The notes under the pieces are model-generated. The model was given only the letters and a program-made list of their open reading frames with translations, was not told where the DNA came from and did not search any database. A stretch of DNA of 64,000 nt from Nitrososphaerota archaeon (GTDB lineage: Archaea > Thermoproteota > Nitrososphaeria > Nitrososphaerales > JACPRH01), in contig JAMCPI010000016.1 of the NCBI GenBank assembly GCA_023379805.1, positions 8,514 to 72,513 of the forward strand. Direction: 5' to 3'. The position numbers and the translations under genes are program-made. Shown here one piece after another: positions 10,028-19,158 of this stretch. The number at the start of each line of letters is the position of its first letter. The first letter of the stretch is position 1.

Positions 10028-11260
10028 CTACTGCTCTAACTCGACCTTACTCATATGAAATAATGGTTTGGCGAAGACCTGTCGAAGCAGCAGAGGCGTA
10101 ATCAGCGTCGTAGCCATGATAACTGTCAACAGGGCCGCATAGGAGTTCTGCTCAAGAATACCTGTGGTCAAACCAATACCTGCCACTATGAACCCCACCT
10201 CACCTCTCGACACCATACCTACCCCAACCCGCAGCCCCCTATCCGCGTCGCGTAGAAACGCCATTGCAGGCAGACCGCAACCCAAGATTTTGCTCGCAAC
10301 CGCAATTAAGAGCAACGCCAAGAAAAGCGGGATACTCATACTCGGGATTTGACCAACGTCAAGCTGCATCCCGATATACGCGAAGAAAATCGGGCCGAAT
10401 ATCAGCCTAAGCTTCTCAACATACTCCTTGACTCTACCAATAAAACGCGAGCCTGCAGTAGCCATCCCCGCGGCGAAGGCTCCTACAATCGGTGACAGGC
10501 CAAATGCCGCCGCTACAGCTGAGAGGCCAAAGCAGCCTGCTGTAGCCGCAGCCTCGGTTATCCCCTCAGTCTTCGAGAGCTTCGTGATGTTGATGAAGCG
10601 TGGAATAATGAATATCGCTCCGAGAAGAAGCGCCATCCAGATGAGCAGAGCTTGACCCGTCAACAAAGCAATATTGGATATCTCAGGTGTACCCCCGCCT
10701 TGGAAGAGCGAAGTGGCTATGGATAGCACAGCCAGCCCCAACACATCATCTATCACAGCCGCGTTCACAATAATCTTCGCCTCCCCCGTACCCATCTTCC
10801 CCAGCTCCTCCAGCGCAGTAACTGTGACAGCGATGCTTGTCGCGGTCAACGCGACGCCTAGCAGAACCGCGGTATGCCACTCATATCCGAGGTAAGCCGC
10901 TAAGAAATACGCTGAGAAGAACGGCACCACTACACCTGACGCCGCTACTGTAAATGAAGAGAGACCGGTTGCGCGCAGCTCACCGAAGGTAATCTGAAGC
11001 CCTGCAGCAAACAGGATAATGATGCTGCCTATCTGCGCAAAAGCTGAGAGAAGAACGTTAAACTCCACCGCCGGCAAACCAAAATTAATCATCGTGCCGC
11101 CCAAGGCGTAGGGCCCTAGAAAGATACCAGCAGAAATCTCCCCTATGACCGCAGGAACATTAACTCGCTGGCAGAGATCACCCAAAATCTTCGCTACAAA
11201 GATGATGACGCTAATCACGACTACTGTGCCCAGCACATCTACCCCAGCAGCAGCGGGCAT
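10028..11260 (-). CDS. monovalent cation:proton antiporter (CPA2, Kef/NapA type)
   Basis: 410 aa with about 12 TM segments. LPAVIGEISAGIFLGP and ...AAVIDDVLGL... are typical of Na+/H+ exchanger-family proteins. Confidence 0.8.
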   Translation of the reverse strand: MPAAAGVDVLGTVVVISVIIFVAKILGDLCQRVNVPAVIGEISAGIFLGPYALGGTMINFGLPAVEFNVLLSAFAQIGSIIILFAAGLQITFGELRATGLSSFTVAASGVVVPFFSAYFLAAYLGYEWHTAVLLGVALTATSIAVTVTALEELGKMGTGEAKIIVNAAVIDDVLGLAVLSIATSLFQGGGTPEISNIALLTGQALLIWMALLLGAIFIIPRFINITKLSKTEGITEAAATAGCFGLSAVAAAFGLSPIVGAFAAGMATAGSRFIGRVKEYVEKLRLIFGPIFFAYIGMQLDVGQIPSMSIPLFLALLLIAVASKILGCGLPAMAFLRDADRGLRVGVGMVSRGEVGFIVAGIGLTTGILEQNSYAALLTVIMATTLITPLLLRQVFAKPLFHMSKVELEQ

Positions 11261-11317
11261 ATCCTTGTCAGTCAGGCCTTACTGTCCATTCCCGATATAT
11301 TCTATCCGCTTGATTAG

Positions 11318-12718
11318 CTACTGTTTCTTTACAATCTTCCAAGTGGCGCCCTCAGGCGTATCCTCCAGCACAACACCACGTGCCAGAAGTTCAGCCCGAA
11401 TCTTGTCTGCTTTCGCCCAGTCACGTTTCTTTCTAGCCTCCTCCCTCTCCTCAATAAGCCTGCGCAGATCCTCTGGCAGCTCCTCTCCCTTAGTCTCCAG
11501 CACACCAAGCACCGTATCAAGCCTGAGCATTACATCGCGAATCTCCTGTAAATCCTTCTCAGAAGCCCCCGAATTGGCGATTAACCTATTGGTTTCACGG
11601 ATAAAGTCAAAGGCCGCGGCCAAGGCTTCAGGAATGCCAAGATCGTTATCCATCGCCTCCTCAAACCTTCTCAGAACCTCTACGCACCTGTCGTGAATAT
11701 CTGGGTTAGATGCGCCATGCTCAACAGTTTTTAGTCTGTGCAAAAAGTCGTCGAGTCGCTGCAGCGATGCTTCAGCCTGCTTCAAACCTGCCTCTGTAAA
11801 GTTGAGCTGCGTCCGGTAATGTGCAGTCAAGAGAAGATATCGTATGGTTCTGCCGCTGAATCCTTTGCTCAGGATGTCGCGGACTGTAAGGATGTTTCCG
11901 AGGGACTTGGACATCTTCTGCCCCTCAATCATCAAATGTTCAACATGAACCCAGTAGTTTACAAACTTCTTCCCAGTAGCGGCTTCAGCCTGAGCAATCT
12001 CATTCTCATGGTGAGGGAAAATCAGATCTATTCCGCCTGAATGAATATCAAAGGTTTCTCCAAGATACCGTGTAGACATAGCGGAGCACTCAATATGCCA
12101 GCCTGGCCGACCCTTCCCAATCTCTGTCTCCCAGAACACGTCACCATCCTCCTCATCCCAAGCCTTCCAGAGAGCAAAGTCACGAGCCTCATCCTTATAC
12201 TCATCAGCTTCAACCCTGGCCTGCCTCTGCACATTCTTTGCCTTGATACCGGAAAGCTCACCGTAATTCTTGAACTTCGAAATATCAAAGTAAACTGAGC
12301 CGCCGCGCTGATACGCAACCCCCTTCTCAAGAAGCACCTTCACAAGCCTAACCATATCACCAATATGTGTCGTCGCCCTCGGATACTGCTCAGCCCGCTC
12401 AATCCGCAGCGTATCCAAATCCTTGAAAAACGCCTCAGCATACCTGTCGGTGTACTTCTGCAAACTAACACCTTCACGCCGAGAACCACGAATCGTCTTA
12501 TCATCCACATCAGTCAAATTCATAACCTGAGTCACCTTATACCCTTTAAACTTCAGATACCTTCTCAAAAGATCCTGCGCCATAAAAGTACGAAAATTCC
12601 CAATATGTCCATAATCATACACAGTAGGCCCACACGTATAGATCCCTACTTGACCCTCCACAATCGGCACAAACTCCTCCACTCTCCGACCAAACGTGTT
12701 GTAAAGCATCAGCACCAT
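11318..12718 (-). CDS. cysS: cysteine--tRNA ligase
   Basis: 466 aa. Class I HIGH motif (YDYGHIGNFRTF) and KMSKS (GQKMSKSLGN). GWHIECSAM is the zinc/cysteine-binding block. Confidence 0.95.
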   Translation of the reverse strand: MVLMLYNTFGRRVEEFVPIVEGQVGIYTCGPTVYDYGHIGNFRTFMAQDLLRRYLKFKGYKVTQVMNLTDVDDKTIRGSRREGVSLQKYTDRYAEAFFKDLDTLRIERAEQYPRATTHIGDMVRLVKVLLEKGVAYQRGGSVYFDISKFKNYGELSGIKAKNVQRQARVEADEYKDEARDFALWKAWDEEDGDVFWETEIGKGRPGWHIECSAMSTRYLGETFDIHSGGIDLIFPHHENEIAQAEAATGKKFVNYWVHVEHLMIEGQKMSKSLGNILTVRDILSKGFSGRTIRYLLLTAHYRTQLNFTEAGLKQAEASLQRLDDFLHRLKTVEHGASNPDIHDRCVEVLRRFEEAMDNDLGIPEALAAAFDFIRETNRLIANSGASEKDLQEIRDVMLRLDTVLGVLETKGEELPEDLRRLIEEREEARKKRDWAKADKIRAELLARGVVLEDTPEGATWKIVKKQ

Positions 12719-12870
12719 ACAGATACCCTGCCCCCATCACCGTTATGCACCTCACCTCCACACAGCGAAGTTAAGAGTTTCCCCTCACACTCCAGTCAAA
12801 GCAAAATCCAGCTAGACATCTCACGGGCGAGTAGAAGTGCTTTAATGCGAGGCTGAACCAACACTGGATT

Positions 12871-13140
12871 ATGACCTCAATACCGGGACAACCCCCAATG
12901 GGGCGGTTTGTAAACCACAAGACGCTTAAAGAGGGATGGACCTACATCTCAACAAGCGACGGCAACGTCATCGGCTTAAAAATCTCAGTGACCAAAGTGG
13001 TCAAGATGCAGAACCCAGACGGCTCACCCCTGATAAACCCCGACGGCACACCCGCCTACTACGTAATGTCCTCAAACATCCTCAGAGTCTTAACCCGTGA
13101 AGAGTGGGATGAAGTCAAACGCGACGAACTACCCGAGTAA
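12871..13140 (+). CDS. hypothetical small protein
   Basis: 89 aa ORF with no overlapping competitor. No recognisable motif. Confidence 0.4.
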   Translation: MTSIPGQPPMGRFVNHKTLKEGWTYISTSDGNVIGLKISVTKVVKMQNPDGSPLINPDGTPAYYVMSSNILRVLTREEWDEVKRDELPE

Positions 13141-13230
13141 ACAACCGACAGAAAGTCCGACAAACGGCTAGAGTAACCACTAAATAAGTAAAAATAATAA
13201 AAAAGATTCTGAGACTAGCAGCCTACGAGG

Positions 13231-13311
13231 CTACCAATCCTCATCTTCAGCATCTTCTTCGGACTCGAAGTCTTCTTCTTCCATGTCATCTTCTGATGAA
13301 TACTCTGACAT
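13231..13311 (-). CDS. possible 26-aa hyper-acidic micro-protein
   Basis: My own translation gives MSEYSSEDDMEEEDFESEEDAEDEDW*. It is preceded by GGGTGAGAAGG (GGTGA Shine-Dalgarno-like) directly upstream of the ATG. It is below the ORF-track size cutoff. Confidence 0.3.
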   Translation of the reverse strand: MSEYSSEDDMEEEDFESEEDAEDEDW

Positions 13312-13565
13312 CCTTCTCACCCATGAGAGCCGTCTCCCTTCTTATCGTTGATTTAACCTTTCTGAACGCCTTCGTCCGCTCAGATTAAGGCCCGAGAGAT
13401 CTCTCTACAGCATTAATACAAAGGTATAATTTATATGATGCGCTCGGCTCGCCTACGCCGATGGTCATGATGAAAGGCGATCGCCTTTATCAAACCGCGT
13501 TTTAGCCGCGGATTAGACCCGTTGACCCAGTTAACCCCTTTCTTCACCTTACATGTTGAAAAGAG

Positions 13566-14786
13566 GTGCAGTCGATTTTGACCGATAGCATCGTAATAAA
13601 ATTCGGTGGATCCGTATTGAAGGATGAAGCTACCATCGGAAAGGCCGCCGACATGGTTCGAGATGTTTACGAGCATGGTCTCAGACCTGTTGTAGTTGTC
13701 TCTGCACTGAAAGGCACCACCGATAACCTTCTAAACCTAGCCAAAAAGATAGATCCTGAAACCCCTGATGAGCTTATGGATCAGATTCTATCGATGGGTG
13801 AACGGACAAGCGCACGCGTCTTCGCTGTTGCCCTAAAATCAAAGGGCTTGACACCTGTGCTTGTAGATCCTGAGTTCGCGAACTGGCCCATCATCACCGA
13901 TGACCGACATCTCGACGCAAACCCGATCTACAGGGAGACAGAAGAAGCCGTGCAACGTAAAATTCAGCCACTCCTTGACGAAGGGAAGACCCCTGTTGTC
14001 TGCGGATTCATCGGGAAGACACATTCAGGCGAGCTGACAACTCTAGGACGAGGTGGAAGCGACACAACCGGTCTCATCCTCGGGAGCTGCTTAAAATCTC
14101 GGGAGATCGTGCTTGTAAAGGATGTGGAAACGATATTTTCAAGCGACCCTGACGTTGTCGAGAACCCTGTTCCAATCCAAACGCTTAACTCAGAGGAGGC
14201 TTACCTGCTGAGCTCAGGTGGAGCCAAGTTCCTACACTCAAAGGCACTCAGCTACAACCGCAGCGGTGTAAGGATCAGAATCGCGAGTCTTGAAGGCGGC
14301 GGCCGCTCAGGCACCATTATTGACGGCGGTGCCCTAGATTTAGTGGTAGAGCAATCCCCTGACCCAGTTACAATGGTCACTATCATCGGCGAGAAGGCGC
14401 TTGACGCGGAGCAGATCCGCAGCTTAATGACAGGTGTCACCGAGTCAGGCGGCAACATTCTTTCCCTGACGCTCGACCCAAAGTCAACTATCCTGTATGT
14501 GGTGCAAGGAAAGAATTTGGCGGATCGTCTTCACAAACTGGTGATTGGGAACAAGCTGGGAAAGGCGCTGAGCTTCTTCGAGAACCTTAGAATGGTCAAT
14601 ATAAAAGGCCCAGCTCTCGAAACTGCACCAGGAATGATTCAGCGGGTGACGCAGCCGCTCGCACGCAGCAACATCAACGTATTCGGTCTTGTAACTATAA
14701 GCTCCTCTATCCGCATATTCGTCTCGAAGGACAAGGCGGATAAAGCAGTGGAAATGTTAAGAGCCGCCCTTCTTGCACTAAAGTAA
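13566..14786 (+). CDS. aspartate kinase (amino-acid kinase domain plus ACT domains)
   Basis: 406 aa. IVIKFGGSVL...VVVVSALKGTTDNLL...GRGGSDTTG, with two C-terminal ACT-like repeats. The start is uncertain (GTG 13566 or TTG 13578). Confidence 0.8.
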   Translation: MQSILTDSIVIKFGGSVLKDEATIGKAADMVRDVYEHGLRPVVVVSALKGTTDNLLNLAKKIDPETPDELMDQILSMGERTSARVFAVALKSKGLTPVLVDPEFANWPIITDDRHLDANPIYRETEEAVQRKIQPLLDEGKTPVVCGFIGKTHSGELTTLGRGGSDTTGLILGSCLKSREIVLVKDVETIFSSDPDVVENPVPIQTLNSEEAYLLSSGGAKFLHSKALSYNRSGVRIRIASLEGGGRSGTIIDGGALDLVVEQSPDPVTMVTIIGEKALDAEQIRSLMTGVTESGGNILSLTLDPKSTILYVVQGKNLADRLHKLVIGNKLGKALSFFENLRMVNIKGPALETAPGMIQRVTQPLARSNINVFGLVTISSSIRIFVSKDKADKAVEMLRAALLALK

Positions 14787-14847
14787 AAAGTGAATAATTG
14801 TTAAGTATAGGGCTGGTTTGTTGATATGACTATCAGAGGTATCGCAA

Positions 14848-15639
14848 ATGGTCTTCGGTAGAGATATTAGATTAAACAGAATTACTCGGAACGGTCGAAT
14901 AATTTGCGTCACTCTCGACCATGGAGTGAGCTCCGGCCCCCTCCAGGGAATTCAAGACATTGGTGACACCATCGCCAAGGTAGAAGAGGGCGGCGCCACA
15001 ACTATACTTGTTCACAAAGGCATCATCCGCTCCCTGCCCGCGCCTCGAAACGTAGGAGTCATCATGCATCTCTCAGCCAGCACCAGCTTAGGACTGGCAC
15101 CGAACCAGAAGATGCAGATCGCAACAGTAGAGGAGGCAATCAGGCTTGGCGCAGACGCAGTATCAGTCCACATTAACGTAGGCGGTAAAGAGGAGCCGGA
15201 GATGCTTGCGAAGCTCGGCCGCGTCTCCGACGAATGCGATCGCTGGGGCTTTCCCTGCATAGCTATGATGTACCCGAGGGGCGAAAATGTTCCCAATCCT
15301 CATGACCCTGAAAAGGTCGCTCACGCTGCCCGCATCGGCGCTGAGCTAGGCGCGGACATCGTGAAGACCGTCTATACCGGAGACCCTGACTCTTTCAAAA
15401 CAGTGGTCAAGAGCTGCCCTGTTCCAGTAGCAATCGCAGGCGGACCTAAAACTAAGAACGATCAAGAGGCGCTTGAAATGGTTAGAGAAGCTATGGATGC
15501 GGGGGCAATCGGCGTAACCTTCGGCAGAAACATCTTCCAACACCCCGACCCAACCAAGATGGTCAGCGCTCTATTCGCCCTCGTAATGGAGAACGCCTCG
15601 GTAGACGAAGCGCTGGAGGTCCTGTCTGGAAGTGCCTGA
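14848..15639 (+). CDS. aroA': 2-amino-3,7-dideoxy-D-threo-hept-6-ulosonate (ADH) synthase, DhnA-type class I aldolase
   Basis: 263 aa. VTLDHGVSSGP, GADAVSVHINVG, ADIVKT (Schiff-base Lys context), FGRNIFQH. It lies immediately upstream of DHQ synthase II. Confidence 0.8.
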   Translation: MVFGRDIRLNRITRNGRIICVTLDHGVSSGPLQGIQDIGDTIAKVEEGGATTILVHKGIIRSLPAPRNVGVIMHLSASTSLGLAPNQKMQIATVEEAIRLGADAVSVHINVGGKEEPEMLAKLGRVSDECDRWGFPCIAMMYPRGENVPNPHDPEKVAHAARIGAELGADIVKTVYTGDPDSFKTVVKSCPVPVAIAGGPKTKNDQEALEMVREAMDAGAIGVTFGRNIFQHPDPTKMVSALFALVMENASVDEALEVLSGSA

Positions 15640-16708
15640 ACCTAAAGAAATCGTCATCCAGCCTCAAACCGACCGCGAACACCTCTCAAGCTTTGTAAAA
15701 ACGGTCACTAAAACCGGGGTAAAACTCTTCATCTGCAGCCCAAGCGAAGTCTCGACGGTGAAAACCGCGGGCAGCGTCGCAGCTGCACCCTCGGAGAAAG
15801 CGGACATCTTCCTCGCATCAAACCTCAAAGACGCTGAGGCTAAACGCAAGGAAGGACGACGGTTTGCACTGAAAATCAAGGTTAACGGAAACGAGGATGT
15901 AGATGAGGCCATCTCAGCTGCGAAGCTGGGTGCTGAAGCTGTAGTTGTTGAGACCGGGGATTGGAAAATTATCCCGCTGGAAAACCTGATAGCAGGTATC
16001 CGCCGACACACCAACACCCGGATCTACGCCAAAGTAGACTCAGTAGAAGAGATACCTACGATGTTCGCCGTCCTAGAAATGGGTGTGGATGGCGTAGTCC
16101 TCTCAACAGGGAATCAAAGCGATGTGGAGCGCGCCTCGAAACACCTCTCAAGCCTCGGTCGAGTGGGGCTGATCCCGGCTAAAGTAACCGAAGTGAAGAA
16201 TGTGGGTGTAGGCGACAGAGCCTGCATCGACACCGCTTCAATGCTGAACCTAGGAGAAGGAATCCTAGTGGGCAGCCAAGCTAAAGTGCTCTTCCTAGTC
16301 CATAACGAGTCATCGGGCTCAAAATTCACCTCCCCAAGACCGTTCAGAGTCAACGCGGGCTCGATCCACAGCTACACATTGACACCGAACGGAAAAACCC
16401 GATACCTGTCTGAGCTTGAATCCGGCGATGAAGTTTTAGCTGTTGACAAAGACGGCAAAACGAGAACTGTAGTGGTTGGCAGAGTGAAGATTGAACGCCG
16501 CCCACTAACATTGATCAAGGCATCGTATCAAGGAGGCTCTGGAAGCGTGCTTCTCCAGAACGCTGAGACGATTCCGCTAGTCGGCAAAGAAGGACAGCGG
16601 ATACCGGTTACATCACTGAAGATTGGGGACGAGATTCTCGTACGGCTCGGCGAAGTCTCAGGTCGACACTTCGGAACAGCTGTAGACGAATTCGTGCTGG
16701 AAAAATGA
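15632..16708 (+). CDS. aroB': 3-dehydroquinate synthase II (archaeal type)
   Basis: 358 aa. VVVETGDWKIIPLENLIA and ...FRVNAGSIHSY... are typical of the DHQS-II family. It overlaps the upstream gene by 8 nt. Confidence 0.85.
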   Translation: MPEPKEIVIQPQTDREHLSSFVKTVTKTGVKLFICSPSEVSTVKTAGSVAAAPSEKADIFLASNLKDAEAKRKEGRRFALKIKVNGNEDVDEAISAAKLGAEAVVVETGDWKIIPLENLIAGIRRHTNTRIYAKVDSVEEIPTMFAVLEMGVDGVVLSTGNQSDVERASKHLSSLGRVGLIPAKVTEVKNVGVGDRACIDTASMLNLGEGILVGSQAKVLFLVHNESSGSKFTSPRPFRVNAGSIHSYTLTPNGKTRYLSELESGDEVLAVDKDGKTRTVVVGRVKIERRPLTLIKASYQGGSGSVLLQNAETIPLVGKEGQRIPVTSLKIGDEILVRLGEVSGRHFGTAVDEFVLEK

Positions 16709-16723
16709 AGTGAGCATCCTGAG

Positions 16724-17413
16724 ATGGCTGGATATGGTGGGCTACCGAAGATTTGCACAGCTATACCCGCATCCAGCATCGCGGCGCTACAAACAAACTT
16801 GGAGAAGGCCTTCAAATACGGTTCAGACTATGCTGAGATACGGTTTGATTATCTCAACAACATCAACTTCAAGAAGATAACTCCTCCGCTGAAGCCGTAT
16901 GCTGCGCGATGCGTCTACACTTGCCGCAGATATAGTGAGGGAGGTCACTTCAACGGCAAGGAGGATGCTAGGCGGAACATTCTGAAGAGGTTGGCGGAGC
17001 AGCACCCAGCCTATGTCGATGTGGAGCTAAGCACCGTAAGGGAGGCGCCCAACCTTGTAAATAGCCTGAGGTCAAGCGGGACAAAAATCATTGTTTCATG
17101 GCACAATTTCGATGAAACACCGAGCCAAGATGTACTGCGTAAAGCCTACTCAGATGCAGCTAGCTTCGGAGATGTCGCTAAGATAATCACCTTCGCACAC
17201 AGGTTCAGAGACAACAGCTCGGTTCTGTCGCTCTACAACTCGGCGGAGAAAGGGCGGTTAATCGCCTTCTGCATGGGTGAGTCAGGTATCCTCTCCAGGG
17301 TACTCTGCCCGCTGCTAGGTAGCCCCTTTACATACGCTTCCTTGGAGGATGAGAAGACAGCTCCGGGGCAAATCCCGCTTAAGGAGCTCAAGGAGTTCTA
17401 TGCCACCATCTAA
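16724..17413 (+). CDS. aroD: type I 3-dehydroquinate dehydratase
   Basis: 229 aa. AEIRFDYL...VDVEL...IVSWHNF...AKIITFA...IAFCMGESG pattern of type I DHQase. Confidence 0.85.
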   Translation: MAGYGGLPKICTAIPASSIAALQTNLEKAFKYGSDYAEIRFDYLNNINFKKITPPLKPYAARCVYTCRRYSEGGHFNGKEDARRNILKRLAEQHPAYVDVELSTVREAPNLVNSLRSSGTKIIVSWHNFDETPSQDVLRKAYSDAASFGDVAKIITFAHRFRDNSSVLSLYNSAEKGRLIAFCMGESGILSRVLCPLLGSPFTYASLEDEKTAPGQIPLKELKEFYATI

Positions 17414-18281
17414 GACTAACTGCATCGTAGACTCTAAGACCCGTCTCTGCTGCCTCATCGGCGACCCCGTGATACAATCCCCATCACCTGAAATGCATAA
17501 CTTCGCCTTCCAATCAGCGGATCTCAACTATGTCTACCTCGCCTTCAGAGTACCTGCTAAACAGCTCAGCGAAGCCGTGAAAGGGCTCCGAGCAATAAAT
17601 GCAAGAGGATTCAACATCACGATACCCCACAAGCAATCAGTCGTCAAGCTGCTAGACGATCTAGACGAACTCGCAGCCAACTTAGGCGCAGTCAACACCG
17701 TCGTCAACGAGAACGGCCGCCTACTCGGCACCAACACCGACGTTGAAGGCTTCATAAGACCGCTTCTAGAACGCGAGCGCTCCCTGAACGATAGACGCGT
17801 AATCATCCTAGGCGCAGGCGGAGCGGCCCGAGCATGCATCGCGGGACTCATCCAAGAGAGATGCACCGACCTCGTTATCCTGAACCGGAGCGTAGATAGA
17901 GCTGAACATATGGTTTCAGATATGCAGCGCAAGTTCACCTTTAACGCAGAGGTAGCTAAACTCGACGAGGCCAGTCTCAAGAAGAAGATCGGCTCCAGGA
18001 ATCTCATCGTGAACACGACACCCATCGGCATGTACCCAAACCTAGGGGAAAGCCCAGTGCCTAGGAACCTCATCCAGAAGGATCAGATAATATACGATAT
18101 AGTGTACAAACCTGTCAAGACGAAGCTCATCCGATACGCTGAGGATGCTGGTGCAACAGTGGTGTACGGATATGAGATGTTGGTTGAGCAGGCCGCTAAA
18201 GCCTTTAGCCTCTGGACTGGGAGTGAGTCCCCGAAGAATAGTATGAAGCGCATCGTTCTCCAGCGGCTGGAGTCGAGCTAA
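17400..18281 (+). CDS. aroE: shikimate 5-dehydrogenase
   Basis: The ORF track begins at 17349, but the in-frame ATG at 17400 (MPPSKTNCIVDSKTRLCCLIGDPVIQSPSPEMHN...) gives the canonical N-terminus and a 14-nt overlap with aroD. NITIPHK, GTNTD and ILGAGGAARA are present. Confidence 0.9.
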   Translation: MPPSKTNCIVDSKTRLCCLIGDPVIQSPSPEMHNFAFQSADLNYVYLAFRVPAKQLSEAVKGLRAINARGFNITIPHKQSVVKLLDDLDELAANLGAVNTVVNENGRLLGTNTDVEGFIRPLLERERSLNDRRVIILGAGGAARACIAGLIQERCTDLVILNRSVDRAEHMVSDMQRKFTFNAEVAKLDEASLKKKIGSRNLIVNTTPIGMYPNLGESPVPRNLIQKDQIIYDIVYKPVKTKLIRYAEDAGATVVYGYEMLVEQAAKAFSLWTGSESPKNSMKRIVLQRLESS

Positions 18282-18282
18282 A

Positions 18283-19158
18283 TTGAAGGGTCGCGCAGTA
18301 GCTCACGGCGCAGTCTCAATAGTTAACGCAATATCGACATGGAAGGGCGCCGCACTAGGTGTAAACCTCAAAACCGAAGCCGAAGTCAGGATCCAACATA
18401 CGCGAGGCAACACAAAGATACTCTTCGAAGGTGACGCTGCGAAAGACTCCATACTGGCTGAAATTACTGTGAAGGAGGTACTCCGCCGCTTCAGCGAAGA
18501 ACCATTCGAAGTTACTGTGGCAACAAAATCAGAAATACCTGCCGGTAAAGGTTTGAAGAGTTCAAGCACCGCGTCTAACGCAGTCGCCCTAGCCACCCTG
18601 TCTGCTCTCGGAAAGAAGGATATTGATGACCTTTCGATCGTTAATCTAGGTGTGGATGCTTCGCTCAAAGCAGGTGTAACCATCACAGGTGCTTTTGACG
18701 ATGCCTGTGCCAGCTACTTCGGTGGCTTCGTGGTTACAGATAACAAGGAGAGAAAACTCTTGAGGAAAGAGGTTGCCCCCACTAACATCGTAATTCTGTT
18801 CTACGTACCGGAGGAGCGTATTTACACGAAAGATTTTGATAAAAGTAAGATTACCCCATTTAAAGCGGAGGTATTGAAAGCGTTCAACCTAGCGCTACGC
18901 GGCGAGTACTGGAAGGCGATGACCATGAATGGACAGATACACTCAACCGCGCTCGGTCTCACCTTGAAACCGGCGAAGTCAGCTCTAGACGCCGGCGCAC
19001 TGGCCTCGGGACTCTCCGGTACCGGTCCTGCCGTAGCAGCTGTCTGCCGCTCAGACACGGTGCGGATGGTGAAGGCTGGATGGCGAGATTTACCCGGTAC
19101 AGTTATTGAGACCCTTGTAAACAATTCAGTGGCGGAGGGAGAGGGTTCATCTAGTTGA
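18283..19158 (+). CDS. archaeal GHMP-kinase-type shikimate kinase
   Basis: 291 aa. AHGAVSIVNAISTWKGAALGVNL and the GHMP motif PAGKGLKSSSTASNA. Confidence 0.85.
   Translation: MKGRAVAHGAVSIVNAISTWKGAALGVNLKTEAEVRIQHTRGNTKILFEGDAAKDSILAEITVKEVLRRFSEEPFEVTVATKSEIPAGKGLKSSSTASNAVALATLSALGKKDIDDLSIVNLGVDASLKAGVTITGAFDDACASYFGGFVVTDNKERKLLRKEVAPTNIVILFYVPEERIYTKDFDKSKITPFKAEVLKAFNLALRGEYWKAMTMNGQIHSTALGLTLKPAKSALDAGALASGLSGTGPAVAAVCRSDTVRMVKAGWRDLPGTVIETLVNNSVAEGEGSSS

Noticed and set aside
11145-12856. Long + strand ORFs (11145..11696, 11738..12040, 12041..12298, 12365..12856) opposite cysS
   Set aside because: cysS on the minus strand has unambiguous HIGH/KMSKS motifs. The + ORFs are low-complexity S/P/T/L-rich shadows.
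13431-13676. 81-aa minus-strand ORF overlapping the aspartate kinase start
   Set aside because: It overlaps the leader and the 5' end of a well-supported gene. It has no motifs and is likely spurious.
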